DNA of 64,000 nt, taken from positions 8,034-72,033 of the forward strand of contig CP070837.1 in the NCBI GenBank assembly GCA_020341815.1. The letters are read 5' to 3'. Position 1 is the first letter of the stretch; every line of letters starts with the position of its first letter. The notes beneath the pieces are model-generated. The model had not been told where the DNA came from. It searched no databases and saw nothing but the letters and a program-made list of their open reading frames with translations. Origin of the DNA: Candidatus Omnitrophota bacterium (GTDB lineage Bacteria > Omnitrophota > Gorgyraeia > JAFGHF01). Of this stretch, positions 45,222 to 55,445 are shown piece after piece. The translations under genes and the position numbers were made by a program.

Positions 45222-46892
45222 ATGCTTAAAAGACAATTATCTCAGCGCCGGGGCATGCTTTTATTTGTCCTGGTAATTTTTTCTCTGGCTGCGCTCTTTG
45301 TGAACCTGGAAAAAAGGAGCTTCTGGGAGCCGGATGAAGGAAGATATGCCGAGATATCCCGGGAAATGCTGGAGTCCGGCGACTGGCTTACCCCCCGCCT
45401 AAACTATATTAAACATCTGGATAAGCCTCCTATTACCTATTGGCTTATCGGCTCTTCTTTCAGGCTCTTCGGGCAGAACGAATTTGCCGGACACCTGCCG
45501 CTGGTTATTCTGGCCTTTGCAGGAGTGTTGGCCGTTTATTCCTTAGCCAAAGAGACGCAAGGTGCACGCACAGCATTCCTTTCGGCAATTATCTTAATCA
45601 GTACCCTGGGTTATCCAGCCTTGGCGCGGGTGCTTTCCACCGACATAATACTTAGTTCTTTCTGTCTCTTTTCTTATCTATTTTTTGTGCGAAAAAAATA
45701 TTTTCTCTTTTATCTTTCGCTGGCCTTGGGTTTCATGACTAAAGGGCCGATAATCCTTTTGCTTGTGCTTCTGCCCATCTTTATCTTTCTCATCTATACA
45801 AAACAAACATATATCTTTAAAGAAATGCGCCTTGTGTCTGGAGCAGTCATCTTTGCGGTCGTGGGACTGCCCTGGTTCATCTATCAAATACTTATTCACA
45901 AAGGCCTCAGTTACAATTGGCTCATGCAGCAAACTGTAAGCAGGATAGCCACCAGAGGCGAAGAACCCTTCTATTTCTTCGTTCCAGTATTAATCGGACT
46001 TTTCTTCCCCTGGATATTTTTCTTAAGCCCGGCCCTAAAAAGGTATCTCTCTTTCAAAAGGACATCGTTCGATAAAGAAAAGACATGGACCCTGCTTCTT
46101 TTCCTCTGGTTCCTGGTACCTTTTATTTTCTTCTCCTGTATCGGCAAAAAGCTGGTTCCCTATATTCTGCCGCTTTTGGCACCTCTGGCGGTAATAACGG
46201 GCCGTCTCTGGGATGAGACTATGGATAATCCCGCAATATTATCGGAGAAGTTTTTTTCTGTTTCCTATTATATCTTCCTATCGTGTAAGTCAATTATGTT
46301 AATAGCAATGCTCACTTTTCTCTATCGGGGCATTGATTACCAGCTCGATATCCCTGCGGCCCGTCCAAATATAATCGCGCTTTGCATAATATTGGCGGGT
46401 TCAATAACAGCAAGCGTATCTTTCTTCCGCCTAAAAAAACCTCAAGCGCTTTTCTGGACTGTAGCCTTAACTTCTGCGCTTTTCTTCCATACGGCAATAG
46501 ATGTACTGCCTAAGATAGAGGCGGATATCAGTAAATCCGTAAAGCCTCTGGCTCTAAAGATTAAGCAAGACTTAACACCAGAAGACAAAATAGTTAACTA
46601 CCGCTGCTTCCTGAAGAGCCTACCCTTTTATCTTTCTCGCCGCACAATAGTCATTGAGCGAAGCCGCCACTTAGACTTTGAAGAAAATGAGCACTGGCAG
46701 GATTATCTGCTCAAGGACAAAAATGACCTTTACAGGCTTTTATCTTCCAGAAAGACGCGCATCTTCTGCATTACCTATACCTGGGAATTTGAGAAGATTA
46801 AGGCGGAATATTCCGGGCGGATTTATTTATTGGGTAAGGCAGGAAAATATGTGCTCTTCAGCAATCAAATGAGGCCCAAACTTACGGAATAA
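45222..46892 (+). CDS. GT39/ArnT-family polyprenol-phosphate-sugar:glycosyltransferase (PMT_2)
   Basis: EPDEGRYAEISREML...KPPITYW motif; 12+ TM. Confidence 0.75.
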   Translation: MLKRQLSQRRGMLLFVLVIFSLAALFVNLEKRSFWEPDEGRYAEISREMLESGDWLTPRLNYIKHLDKPPITYWLIGSSFRLFGQNEFAGHLPLVILAFAGVLAVYSLAKETQGARTAFLSAIILISTLGYPALARVLSTDIILSSFCLFSYLFFVRKKYFLFYLSLALGFMTKGPIILLLVLLPIFIFLIYTKQTYIFKEMRLVSGAVIFAVVGLPWFIYQILIHKGLSYNWLMQQTVSRIATRGEEPFYFFVPVLIGLFFPWIFFLSPALKRYLSFKRTSFDKEKTWTLLLFLWFLVPFIFFSCIGKKLVPYILPLLAPLAVITGRLWDETMDNPAILSEKFFSVSYYIFLSCKSIMLIAMLTFLYRGIDYQLDIPAARPNIIALCIILAGSITASVSFFRLKKPQALFWTVALTSALFFHTAIDVLPKIEADISKSVKPLALKIKQDLTPEDKIVNYRCFLKSLPFYLSRRTIVIERSRHLDFEENEHWQDYLLKDKNDLYRLLSSRKTRIFCITYTWEFEKIKAEYSGRIYLLGKAGKYVLFSNQMRPKLTE

Positions 46893-46921
46893 AATGACGT
46901 AAGTTTGTTGGCCGAATATGA

Positions 46922-47026
46922 CCCCGTACCAAAAATACTTCAACAGTCAAAACTAAAAGCAAACTAATGCTATATGGCACTAGTTCACTTTTAAAAATCA
47001 ACCGTTGTTAGTATTTTGGTACGGGG
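46922..47026. mobile_element. MITE-like TIR repeat, family 1, copy C1
   Basis: CCCCGTACCAAAAATACT...AGTATTTTGGTACGGGG; between the GT39 gene and the rnpB 3' end. Confidence 0.7.
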
Positions 47027-47085
47027 TTAATTCGCACAGCGACTTATGTTCACTAGTGTTCCATAAGTCGTGTGTTCATTAAAGA

Positions 47086-47536
47086 GAGTAGAGCTATAAG
47101 CCGAGTTCTGTATTTGACGGCCATCCATCTAGTTTTGCCGTTACCGACAAAATCAATAGCGGTCAACCCGAAAGTGCTGACGAACCGGGTGAAGCTCGTT
47201 GCCATATAAGCATCCCTTCCTATTTAACCTTTCTCCGCGTAGAGATTACCTCTTTTCACCCTCTGCCCAGAAAAATTTTTCTGGATGAGTTGTTGTCTCT
47301 GTGGCTCTAATCCTATCCCGAACCAAAATACTTCAACAGTCAAAACTAAAAGCAAACTAATGCTATATGGCATTAGTTATGCCAAAAGTATAAAACTTAG
47401 CAGTATTTTGGTTCGGGACGATGGGCGTTACCCACTACGCTCACCCTTTGGAGCTCGGACTTTCCTCTCCCCCTGCTGTTTCGTTTTGCTTCGCAAAAGC
47501 GAAACAAAACGACAGGGGCAGCGACCATCCGCTCTA
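47086..47536 (-). ncRNA. rnpB: RNase P RNA (bacterial type A) carrying a MITE insertion in P9
   Basis: Minus-strand read: P1 AGAGAGUAGAGC/GCUCUACUCUCU, CR-I GGAAAGUCCGAGCUCC, P8 GUGGGUAACGCCCAU, CAGAGGGUGAAA...GGUAAUCUCUAC (CR-II/III), ACAGAACUCGGCUUAUAG (CR-V). Confidence 0.8.
47317..47417. mobile_element. MITE-like TIR repeat, family 1, copy C2, inserted inside rnpB
   Basis: CCCGAACCAAAATACT...AGTATTTTGGTTCGGG lying between P8 and the P10/11 strand, i.e. replacing/extending P9. Confidence 0.7.
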
Positions 47537-47554
47537 CTCTCTTACAAAGAACAA

Positions 47555-47986
47555 TTAATTTGATTTCAGGCTCGTATCAATTCTTGAATCAATGGCCTCG
47601 TTGGCAAGCCTGTCGGCCTCTTTATTTTCTTCCCGTTTGATTTGTCTTATTCTTAATCTATCGAAGCCTGTCTTCAAATGCAAAAATTGCTCATAATATG
47701 TTTTCAAATTGGAATTCTTAACCCTGTATTCCCGGTTCAATTGCTTAACCAGAAGTTCGCTGTCCGAATAGACCGCCACTTCACGAAGTCCAAGGATAAG
47801 GGCCTCCTGCAAGGCATAGATAAGGGCCGTATATTCGGCGGCATTATTGGAAAGCTCACCGATATATTTATAAAGCTGTTTTATCTTGCGGTTTTCTCCG
47901 TCCTTAATCACTATACCTATCCCTGCTTCTCCGGGATTGCCGCGGGCAGCTCCGTCAATATAAATAAAACACTCTTTTGCTTGCAT
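47555..47986 (-). CDS. rnhA: ribonuclease HI
   Basis: IYIDGAARGNPGEAGIG...NNAAEYTALIYAL...TDSELLV. Confidence 0.85.
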   Translation of the reverse strand: MQAKECFIYIDGAARGNPGEAGIGIVIKDGENRKIKQLYKYIGELSNNAAEYTALIYALQEALILGLREVAVYSDSELLVKQLNREYRVKNSNLKTYYEQFLHLKTGFDRLRIRQIKREENKEADRLANEAIDSRIDTSLKSN

Positions 47987-47989
47987 AAT

Positions 47990-48700
47990 TTACTCCGGAT
48001 AATATAAAAGACGGGCACAAAACTCACACGTCACTATTTTATCTTTCATTCTGACTTCGTTAATTATCTGGGGAGGTAAAACCCGATGGCATCCCCCGCA
48101 GGACTCACCAGAAAGCGCAACCAGGGCCAGGCCCTCCTTGGCTTTAAGTATTCTCTCATAGCGGCTCAAGAGGCTTTTTTCCACATTAGAGCTAACTTGT
48201 GTTCTTTCTTTCTCCAGGGAAGAGAGCTTCTGTTCTATTGCTTTAATCTCCTGGTCTATTTTTATCGTCTCCTCTTTTAATTTTTTCTCCTCAAGGGCCA
48301 ATTTTTCCTTTTCTTCGGTAGTCTCTGCTTTAATTTTATCTATTTTCTCCATCCACTGCAATATATCATCTTCCAAAACGGCATTATCCGCTTTTAAACC
48401 GGCAATTTCTTTCTGTAAAGAGAGATATTCCTTATTAGTCTTGACTTGCAAGAGTTGTGTTTGATACTTTTTAATCTCTTTCTCCTTGGTCTCCATTTCC
48501 ATTTCGTGCTCTTTTCTTTTTAATTGCGCGGACTTAAGCTCCTCTCCTTTATCCTTCAGAGTTTTTTCCTTCTGGGCAAAGGCTTCTTTCAAGGCCTCCT
48601 TTTCTGCCGGCTTAGAGGACTTCTCATCCTTTAGCCTGTAGATTTCGCCGTCAATTTCCTGCAGTTTAATTAAAGTATTGATATGTTCCTGAACCATCAT
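47990..48700 (-). CDS. zinc-ribbon coiled-coil protein (DUF164/COG1579)
   Basis: Long coiled coil and C-terminal CGGCHRVLPPQ...CEFCARLLY zinc ribbon. Confidence 0.7.
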   Translation of the reverse strand: MMVQEHINTLIKLQEIDGEIYRLKDEKSSKPAEKEALKEAFAQKEKTLKDKGEELKSAQLKRKEHEMEMETKEKEIKKYQTQLLQVKTNKEYLSLQKEIAGLKADNAVLEDDILQWMEKIDKIKAETTEEKEKLALEEKKLKEETIKIDQEIKAIEQKLSSLEKERTQVSSNVEKSLLSRYERILKAKEGLALVALSGESCGGCHRVLPPQIINEVRMKDKIVTCEFCARLLYYPE

Positions 48701-48824
48701 TTAGTCGCTCGTATCTAGTCGCTAGTCGCTTGTATTTAATATCTCGTTAAAAACTCTTTATTTAATTATTAAATCTTTTATTTTTCTATTTTTACTAGAT
48801 ACTAAATACTATATACTAGCGACT
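48701..48824. mobile_element. TAGTCGCT-type TIR element, empty copy X1
   Basis: tagtcgctcgtatctagtcgctagtcgcttgtat ... actagatactaaatactatatactagcgact inverted repeats around an AT-rich 60-bp core. Confidence 0.6.
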
Positions 48825-48829
48825 TATAA

Positions 48830-48904
48830 TGGTGGGCCCACAAGGATTCGAACCTTGAACCAACAGATTATGAGTCTGCTGCTCTGCCGTTGAGCTATGA
48901 GCCC
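48830..48904 (-). tRNA. tRNA-Met (CAU anticodon; elongator or Ile2-lysidine type not resolved)
   Basis: GGGCTCATAGCTCAACGG...CTCATAA...GGTTCGAATCC...CCA. Confidence 0.75.
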
Positions 48905-48920
48905 TGTGTCTGTAACTCTC

Positions 48921-49664
48921 TTAGGATTGAATTTTCCAGTTTTTTATGTAATGCCCTTTATTATCTATACTTTGCCAGTCGTCTCCCAAGGAAATATTTG
49001 AATGATTTTCGAGCAATATTTTAGGTCTTAATGATTTACCCATTCCTTCCAGAACCTTAAATTCACAACCTTCCACATCAATTTTGATTAAATCCGGGCG
49101 TATCTTTTCTTTTTCAATAAAACTATCGAGCCTCGTTACCCTGACCTCTGTTTTCATAGAATTTTTTAGAGAATTATGGGGTGCTAAAGTTGCGCTATAA
49201 AGATGCTCTAAAGGTTCTTCGTAAAACTCTCCAACTCCGTCATAATCAGAAACAGCTACCTCAAGACACTGAATATTAAAATTGTTAAGCATACAGTTAG
49301 CGCGGAGTTTTTTTATAACTCTTGGCACAGGTTCGAAGGCATATACAGAAGCTTTAGGATTTACTGCTTTGGCAATAAGCGAAAAAATACCTGTATTTGC
49401 CCCAATGTCTAAAATAACATCTGCTTCCTGACACATCTCAGCCCAAACCTTCATCTCTTTTGAAAGTCCCCGCCAAAATAGTTCATTCTCACAAAGATAT
49501 CCAAAATGATGGATATAAAAATGGTTCTTTTTTATTTTTACTTTGAATTTCCCTTTAAAATGAAGGTGTCTATAAACAAATTCGGGAAGTAGATGCCTCA
49601 AGATTTTAAACATTATTCTCCAATTATTTTTATTTCGAATTCTTATTATCTGGTGGGCCGCCAA
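48921..49664 (-). CDS. FkbM-family SAM-dependent methyltransferase
   Basis: ILDIGANTGIFSLI motif I; 247 aa. Confidence 0.7.
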   Translation of the reverse strand: MAAHQIIRIRNKNNWRIMFKILRHLLPEFVYRHLHFKGKFKVKIKKNHFYIHHFGYLCENELFWRGLSKEMKVWAEMCQEADVILDIGANTGIFSLIAKAVNPKASVYAFEPVPRVIKKLRANCMLNNFNIQCLEVAVSDYDGVGEFYEEPLEHLYSATLAPHNSLKNSMKTEVRVTRLDSFIEKEKIRPDLIKIDVEGCEFKVLEGMGKSLRPKILLENHSNISLGDDWQSIDNKGHYIKNWKIQS

Positions 49665-49716
49665 ATTGCCTGGCGAGCCTCACCATCTCGCCCGCCATTT
49701 TTGATGGCGAGGTGGA

Positions 49717-49793
49717 TGGTGGGCGTAAGAGGATTCGAACCTCTGATCTCCACAATGTGAGTGTGGCGCTTTAACCAGCTAAGCCATACGCCC
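49717..49793 (-). tRNA. tRNA-Val(CAC)
   Basis: GGGCGTATGGCTTAGCTGG...CTCACAT...GGTTCGAATCC...CCA. Confidence 0.75.
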
Positions 49794-49947
49794 ATGGCAC
49801 TGAAACCACTGAATCAAATCTGAAACCTCTGAGAAATAACTCAGTGACTTCAGTGTCCCAATCTCAGTGGTTTCAGTGATAAAAAAAGGGTAAATCCTAA
49901 ACAAGGTATTTTAGCATAGGATTTATCCCTTGTCCATAAAAAGTATC

Positions 49948-51531
49948 TTACAGGTATCTTCTCTCCTGACCTAATCCCAAATCAAGAAAGTTCTTTAAGC
50001 GGCGGCTGCGAGTGGGATGCCTGAGCTTGCGCAGGGCCTTGGCCTCAATCTGCCTGACCCGCTCACGGGTTACTTTAAAAATGCCTCCCACCTCTTCCAG
50101 GGTGCGCGAATAACCGTCGCCCACGCCAAAACGAAGCTGAAGCACCTTTCTTTCCCGCTCCGTAAGCGAAGTCAATACATCTTCCATTTCCGATTTAAGC
50201 ATAGAATAGGCGGTGGCATTGGCCGGAGAAACCGCGCTTTTGTCTTCGATGAAATCACCGAAATGGGTATCTCCTTCATCCCCCACAGGTGTCTGAAGGG
50301 ATATAGGCTCCTGAGCAATCTTTAAGACTCCTCGCACCTTCTCTACCGGCATATCCATCTGGCGGGCGACCTCTTCCGGAGCCGGCTCTCTTCCCTTTTC
50401 CTGCACCAGGGCGCGGGAAATACGGATGAGCCTGTTGATAGTCTCGGTCATATGCACGGGGATACGGATAGTCCTGGCCTGGTCGGCAATGGAACGGGTA
50501 ATTGCTTGCCTGATCCACCAGGTAGCATAGGTGCTGAATTTATAGCCCCGGCGGTAATCATATTTGTCCACCGCCTTCATCAGGCCGATATTGCCTTCCT
50601 GAATTAAATCCAGGAAGGATAATCCCCGATTAGTGTACTTCTTGGCAATGCTTACCACCAGACGCAGGTTTGCCTCCACCAGGGCCTTTTTTGCCTTATT
50701 GAATTTATTTTGTTTGGTCCTGATTAATCTTATCTTTTCTTTTATTTTGGGAAGCGGCAAGCCGAATTCTTTTATAATCCTCTTTTTCTTCTGGATTAAA
50801 GCGCCGATTTTTCCTCTTATTTTCTTTCTGCGCAGGCGCTTAATCTCTGAATCTATCTCTTTTATCTGGTGAAAGCTGGATTTTATTCTTGCAGCAACTT
50901 CTTCGATTACTGAAGTTATTAAATCGAATTGCCAGAGCAAAGAGGCAATATTCTCCTGTTTTCTTGTCGCCCTTAACTTGGAAACCAAAACGGAGAGTTT
51001 CTTTAAGAGCTTCTCGCGATTCAAGCTGGGCTCCTCCCTTACCGCCTCCTCTAAATTAAACTCGCCCTTAAGAATCTTATTGGCTACATTCAGAACTTCG
51101 CCCTTCGCCCGCAGGCAATCAAATACCGCCTGGCGAAAATTGTGCTCTGCGGCCTCTATCTCCTTGGCCAACCTCAACTCCTCCTCCCGGGAAACAAGGG
51201 GAATCTGTCCCATCTGGCGCAGATACATCCTCACTGGGTCATCCATTCGTCCCAGACGGGGCAAACTTTCAGGCTTTGCCTTCACACCAGGCTCTTCCTC
51301 AGCGGGAGGGGCTTTTTCCGGCTCCGGCTTTGTCTCCTGGGCAACAATCTCTATGTTTTCGTTACCCAGCATAGCCAGTATCTCGTCTATCTCCTCGGAA
51401 GAAACTATATTCTCAGGCAAGATATCATTTACCTCTTCATAGGTGAGACACCCCTTCTGCCTGCCGGCAGCAACAAGCTTCTCCAGCTGCTTTATTTTCG
51501 TTCCCTTTCGATTGCGTGATTCTTTTTTCAT
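49948..51531 (-). CDS. rpoD: RNA polymerase sigma-70 RpoD
   Basis: Regions 1.2 through 4 ([32 protein letters not shown]). Confidence 0.9.
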   Translation of the reverse strand: MKKESRNRKGTKIKQLEKLVAAGRQKGCLTYEEVNDILPENIVSSEEIDEILAMLGNENIEIVAQETKPEPEKAPPAEEEPGVKAKPESLPRLGRMDDPVRMYLRQMGQIPLVSREEELRLAKEIEAAEHNFRQAVFDCLRAKGEVLNVANKILKGEFNLEEAVREEPSLNREKLLKKLSVLVSKLRATRKQENIASLLWQFDLITSVIEEVAARIKSSFHQIKEIDSEIKRLRRKKIRGKIGALIQKKKRIIKEFGLPLPKIKEKIRLIRTKQNKFNKAKKALVEANLRLVVSIAKKYTNRGLSFLDLIQEGNIGLMKAVDKYDYRRGYKFSTYATWWIRQAITRSIADQARTIRIPVHMTETINRLIRISRALVQEKGREPAPEEVARQMDMPVEKVRGVLKIAQEPISLQTPVGDEGDTHFGDFIEDKSAVSPANATAYSMLKSEMEDVLTSLTERERKVLQLRFGVGDGYSRTLEEVGGIFKVTRERVRQIEAKALRKLRHPTRSRRLKNFLDLGLGQERRYL

Positions 51532-53300
51532 TTCTTCGCACCCCGGCTTTTAACTAAATGATTGTACTGACTAATCAATTCCGCAAGTTTATCTTTATGT
51601 CCCCAGCCCTGGATAAGCTTGATTTGCCTTTGTAATTTATTTAACTTATTTTTCCAGCTATCCTTTTTTATCCGTCCGATACAGTCGCTTAAGCACTTGG
51701 CGCGGTCGATAAGCTTATGATTATCTGCGCATGCCCGGGAAATCAGCTGACGCGCCTCTTCAATCTCTAGATGAGTTATCAATTTTCCCGCTGAGATAGG
51801 CTCACCCTGAATGTGTAAATGATAAACTATTCTCATTGCCTCTCTGATGCGCAAATCCTGAAAGTCTTCCAGCGCAAGATGTTTCCTGATTTCGGAAACG
51901 GCGGTTTCATCTTCCAGTAAAATCTTCAAAAGCATCTCCTCAGCCGCAGGGCTCACAATGCGACTTTTCTGAACGGGACCGGCGGTATAATAGCCAAAGT
52001 CCTTTTTGACTTTTTTCAGCTCCGCCAGAATCCACTCCTCTCCCAGAGATTTTTCTCCCTTGGAGAAGGCCTCAGCCAGTCGCTTTACATAAGCGCTCCT
52101 GCGAATGGCATTTTGCACCCGGCGGATAGTCGGAAGCATCTCGGCTGCAATGCCCACCTTTCCTTCCACTGTGCCTAAATCATACTTCTGGGTAAGTAAA
52201 TTGAGTTTATAATCAAAAAGGTCCATCCCCTCGGTAATTTTTTTCTGCAAACTCTCCTTTCCGAATTTGCGCAGGAAGCTGTCCGGGTCCTCATTCTTAG
52301 GTAAAGCGACAATCTTTATACCCATATTCTGCTCAATAAGCAAATCCAGGCTGCGCAAGCTGGCTAACTCTCCAGCACGGTCGGCGTCAAAAATCATAAC
52401 TACATTTTTCGTGTGACGCCCGAGCAGCTTCAATTGCTGCAGAGTAAGGGCCGTACCCAGGGAAGCGACGACATTGCCGATACCGCTTTGATAAACCGTA
52501 AGTAAATCGATATAACCTTCCACAATAATGCAGCAGTTTTCTTTTTTTATCTCTTCCCTGGCGAAGTTCAGCCCGTAGAGATGATTGCTTTTGCTGTATA
52601 CAGGGGTCTCGGGAGAATTAAGATATTTAGGCAAAGCCTCATCAAGGACCCGGCCGCCGAAAGCTACAATACGTGAGCGGCTGTCAAAGATGGGAAATAT
52701 TATCCTCTGCCTGAACCTGTCATAGTAAGGACCTTTTTCTTTACGCAGGATTAATCCTGACTTTTCTAAAAGCTCCTCCCGAATGCCCCTGGCGCGCATA
52801 AACTTTAACAGGCCGTTATCAAAAGGGGCAAAGCCCAATCTAAAGGTAAGGGCGGTCTTGGCCTGAAAGCCCCTTTTCTTCAGGTATTCCAAGGCCGCGC
52901 GAGCCTTTTCTTTCTTCAAATTCTCCTGATACCATGAAGCGGCCATCTCATTCAGCTGAAAAAGGTCGTGTGTCTGCTTCTGCTGCCGAGCCGCACCTGA
53001 AGAGACAGGAAGCTTAACCCCGGTTTTATCCGCCAGCATCCGCACTACCTGCGGAAACTCAAGCCCCTCATGCTTCATAATAAAATTAAACACGTTCCCT
53101 CCGGCACCGCAGCCAAAACAATGGAATATGCCTTTATCAGGACTGATCATAAAGGAAGGGGTCTTTTCCTGATGAAAAGGGCAAAGCGCCTTAAAGTTCC
53201 TTCCAGCGGCTTTGAGGGGAATATACTGAGCAATAATCTCTGCGATATTGCATTTATCGCGGATTTCATCAATTATACTGTCGGAAAAAAGAACAGGCAT
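51528..53300 (-). CDS. dnaG: DNA primase DnaG
   Basis: [11 protein letters not shown] zinc finger, TOPRIM EGYIDLL...DADRAG. Confidence 0.9.
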   Translation of the reverse strand: MPVLFSDSIIDEIRDKCNIAEIIAQYIPLKAAGRNFKALCPFHQEKTPSFMISPDKGIFHCFGCGAGGNVFNFIMKHEGLEFPQVVRMLADKTGVKLPVSSGAARQQKQTHDLFQLNEMAASWYQENLKKEKARAALEYLKKRGFQAKTALTFRLGFAPFDNGLLKFMRARGIREELLEKSGLILRKEKGPYYDRFRQRIIFPIFDSRSRIVAFGGRVLDEALPKYLNSPETPVYSKSNHLYGLNFAREEIKKENCCIIVEGYIDLLTVYQSGIGNVVASLGTALTLQQLKLLGRHTKNVVMIFDADRAGELASLRSLDLLIEQNMGIKIVALPKNEDPDSFLRKFGKESLQKKITEGMDLFDYKLNLLTQKYDLGTVEGKVGIAAEMLPTIRRVQNAIRRSAYVKRLAEAFSKGEKSLGEEWILAELKKVKKDFGYYTAGPVQKSRIVSPAAEEMLLKILLEDETAVSEIRKHLALEDFQDLRIREAMRIVYHLHIQGEPISAGKLITHLEIEEARQLISRACADNHKLIDRAKCLSDCIGRIKKDSWKNKLNKLQRQIKLIQGWGHKDKLAELISQYNHLVKSRGAKK

Positions 53301-53392
53301 CTATCTCCTTCTAGCACTGAAATCACTGAAAATTAGCCACTGAAATCACTGAAGTTTTATTCAGTGTTCTCAGTATTATTATTTCAGTGCTC

Positions 53393-54352
53393 TCAGTGTT
53401 TCCTTCTTATCCGTTTAAATCCGGAACACTCGATAATATTTAACTTTTGCCTCTTTTCCAGCTTGTCCAGCAAAAGATTAAGGCCCAGGGAATCGCTGCC
53501 GATGTGCCCGGCGATAATTACATTGATGTGCTCGGCCCTTACTTTGCGAAAATGCTCTTCGCTCAGATGCATAGCCACTATGGTGCCGATACCTGCGGTG
53601 GCGAGTTTCTGGAAAATGTCTTTGGAGCCCTCGGTGCCTCCGGTCATATCTACAAAGATTTTTCCCGCCTGGCGCTTCGGCTCTCCCACAATGATGCGCG
53701 GTCCGGCCTTTTCCTTAAAAGCCTGACGATATTCGGCAATACCTTTTAAGATATCCAGGACATCGCCCAGACTATCGGGTTTTTTCCTATCCATCAACTT
53801 CTGCAGATAGGAAGCTACATGATTATCGGCTACAGTATGACAGCACATAAAGCCGAGCTTAAGAAGCCGCGCCATATCTACGGAGCGGCTGTGATTGGCC
53901 GGCATAACCTTTCTTTTGACCTCGGCGATGCGCTCGGCCATCAAAGACTCGGCAACGCTGATAGGCACGCCTAAATCTTTGAGAATCTCCGAATGAATAT
54001 CCATCACCTCGGTAAGCCCTGCCAAGGCCTTGCCTTCGGGATGATGCGACATAACTAAATCTATTTTTTCACCCTGCTGGTTAAGCCTGTCTGCCAGCAA
54101 TAACTCCGCGCCCTCTATATCGATCCCCAGCAAGATAGTCTTTACCTTTTGTGCGGGCGAGCCGCAGAGTATCCTTGTATCGCTGTAGGGATTCCAAAGC
54201 CGCTCTGCGTCAAACTCCTCTTTTGCCTTTTTATTAAGTTGCCGATAACGCTTTTTAAGTCTGGCTAAGTTTCTGGTGGCTACCGACTTACCCCGGGGGT
54301 CGGCAGATATCCCCTCCTTTACCACAAACTCGTAGATATCCTTAAGTGTCAA
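53393..54352 (-). CDS. Nif3-like dinuclear metal center protein
   Basis: Nif3/YqfO architecture with an inserted PII-like domain; conserved yqfO-dnaG-sigA synteny. Confidence 0.6.
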   Translation of the reverse strand: MTLKDIYEFVVKEGISADPRGKSVATRNLARLKKRYRQLNKKAKEEFDAERLWNPYSDTRILCGSPAQKVKTILLGIDIEGAELLLADRLNQQGEKIDLVMSHHPEGKALAGLTEVMDIHSEILKDLGVPISVAESLMAERIAEVKRKVMPANHSRSVDMARLLKLGFMCCHTVADNHVASYLQKLMDRKKPDSLGDVLDILKGIAEYRQAFKEKAGPRIIVGEPKRQAGKIFVDMTGGTEGSKDIFQKLATAGIGTIVAMHLSEEHFRKVRAEHINVIIAGHIGSDSLGLNLLLDKLEKRQKLNIIECSGFKRIRRKH

Positions 54353-54921
54353 TTCTGACTCCTTTCGTTCCCTGCATCCTTAGGGCTGAATTTAATTATA
54401 AAGTCCAAGACACGGGGCGTTATCTCTTTTAGATAAGCGCCGGAAAATGATTTCTCTTCTATGCTTTCTCTGAAATACTCAACAGGAAGCATGGTCAGGG
54501 CAAAAAGAAAGAGGCTGGCAAAAATGAGACTGCGAGCCAGCCCCAAAATAAGACCACCCCACATTTGTAATCCGCCAAAGATCTCAAGATGCAGCAGCTT
54601 AAACAGAATCACTCTAACTATTTTAAACGCAATAAGTAAGGCAAAAAATATGGCTAAAAAAGAGATGAAATTGGCTATTTGGATAGGAAGAAACGAACAA
54701 AAGGACAAGCTTGCCCCCACCCTACTATAATGCAGCAGAGATAAGACAGACGCGGCAATCATTCCCGCGGTTTTGAAAAGTTCAACTGAAAATCCCTGAC
54801 TAAAACCGACGTAACCCCCTCTAACTAAAAGGATTGCGACAATCAGGTCCACCCAGTTCATTTCAAATAAAAAGTCTAAATTCATCTTAATAAACACAAA
54901 AAGTTTTTGTAAGTATACCAT
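54349..54921 (-). CDS. cvpA: CvpA-family membrane protein
   Basis: 4-TM colicin V production protein pattern. Confidence 0.6.
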   Translation of the reverse strand: MVYLQKLFVFIKMNLDFLFEMNWVDLIVAILLVRGGYVGFSQGFSVELFKTAGMIAASVLSLLHYSRVGASLSFCSFLPIQIANFISFLAIFFALLIAFKIVRVILFKLLHLEIFGGLQMWGGLILGLARSLIFASLFLFALTMLPVEYFRESIEEKSFSGAYLKEITPRVLDFIIKFSPKDAGNERSQN

Positions 54922-55044
54922 ACAAACAGCCCAAAGTCAAGGCCACGTAACGAGTTAATTCACCCCTGCCGCAACAAAAATAAAAAGAAGCTTGCATAAT
55001 CTTGGAAAGTATGGTACATTACACATCGTTAATATCAACTATCA

Positions 55045-55314
55045 ATGGAGGCAGCAATGTCAAGAATTTGCGCAATCTGCGGAAAAAGACCTTTTGCCGG
55101 AAGAAGCATTACCCGCCGCGGTATGGCCAAGAAAAAAGGCGGCGTGGGTAGAAAAATTACCGGCATCAGTAAACGTATCTTTGCCCCTAATCTGCAAAGA
55201 ATCAAAGCTATTGTAAAGGGAACGGTAAAACGAATCTACGTCTGCACCAGATGTCTTAAGGCCGGCAAGGTACAAAAACCCAGTCGCTCGTATCCAGTCG
55301 ATAGTATTCAGTAA
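55045..55314 (+). CDS. rpmB: 50S ribosomal protein L28 with repeat-derived C-terminal extension
   Basis: MSRICAICGKRP...FAPNLQRIKAI...VCTRCLKAGKVQK, then 11 extra residues encoded by element X2. Confidence 0.8.
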   Translation: MEAAMSRICAICGKRPFAGRSITRRGMAKKKGGVGRKITGISKRIFAPNLQRIKAIVKGTVKRIYVCTRCLKAGKVQKPSRSYPVDSIQ

Positions 55315-55445
55315 CTAGTATTCCGTATCTCGTATTTCGTATATAGTATTTCGTTAAAAGCTTTTTTGTTCAATTCTTAAATCTTTTACTTTATATTTTA
55401 CTAAATACAAGATACTAGCGACGAGCGACTAGATACTAACGACTG
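55282..55445. mobile_element. TAGTCGCT-type TIR element, empty copy X2
   Basis: Inverted gtcgctcgtatccagtcgatagtat... / ...gatactagcgacgagcgactagatac around an AT-rich core; overlaps the rpmB and recJ stop codons. Confidence 0.6.

Noticed and set aside
47285-47563. 92-aa plus-strand ORF
   Set aside because: It lies entirely within RNase P RNA and the MITE copy. The RNA gene explains the region.
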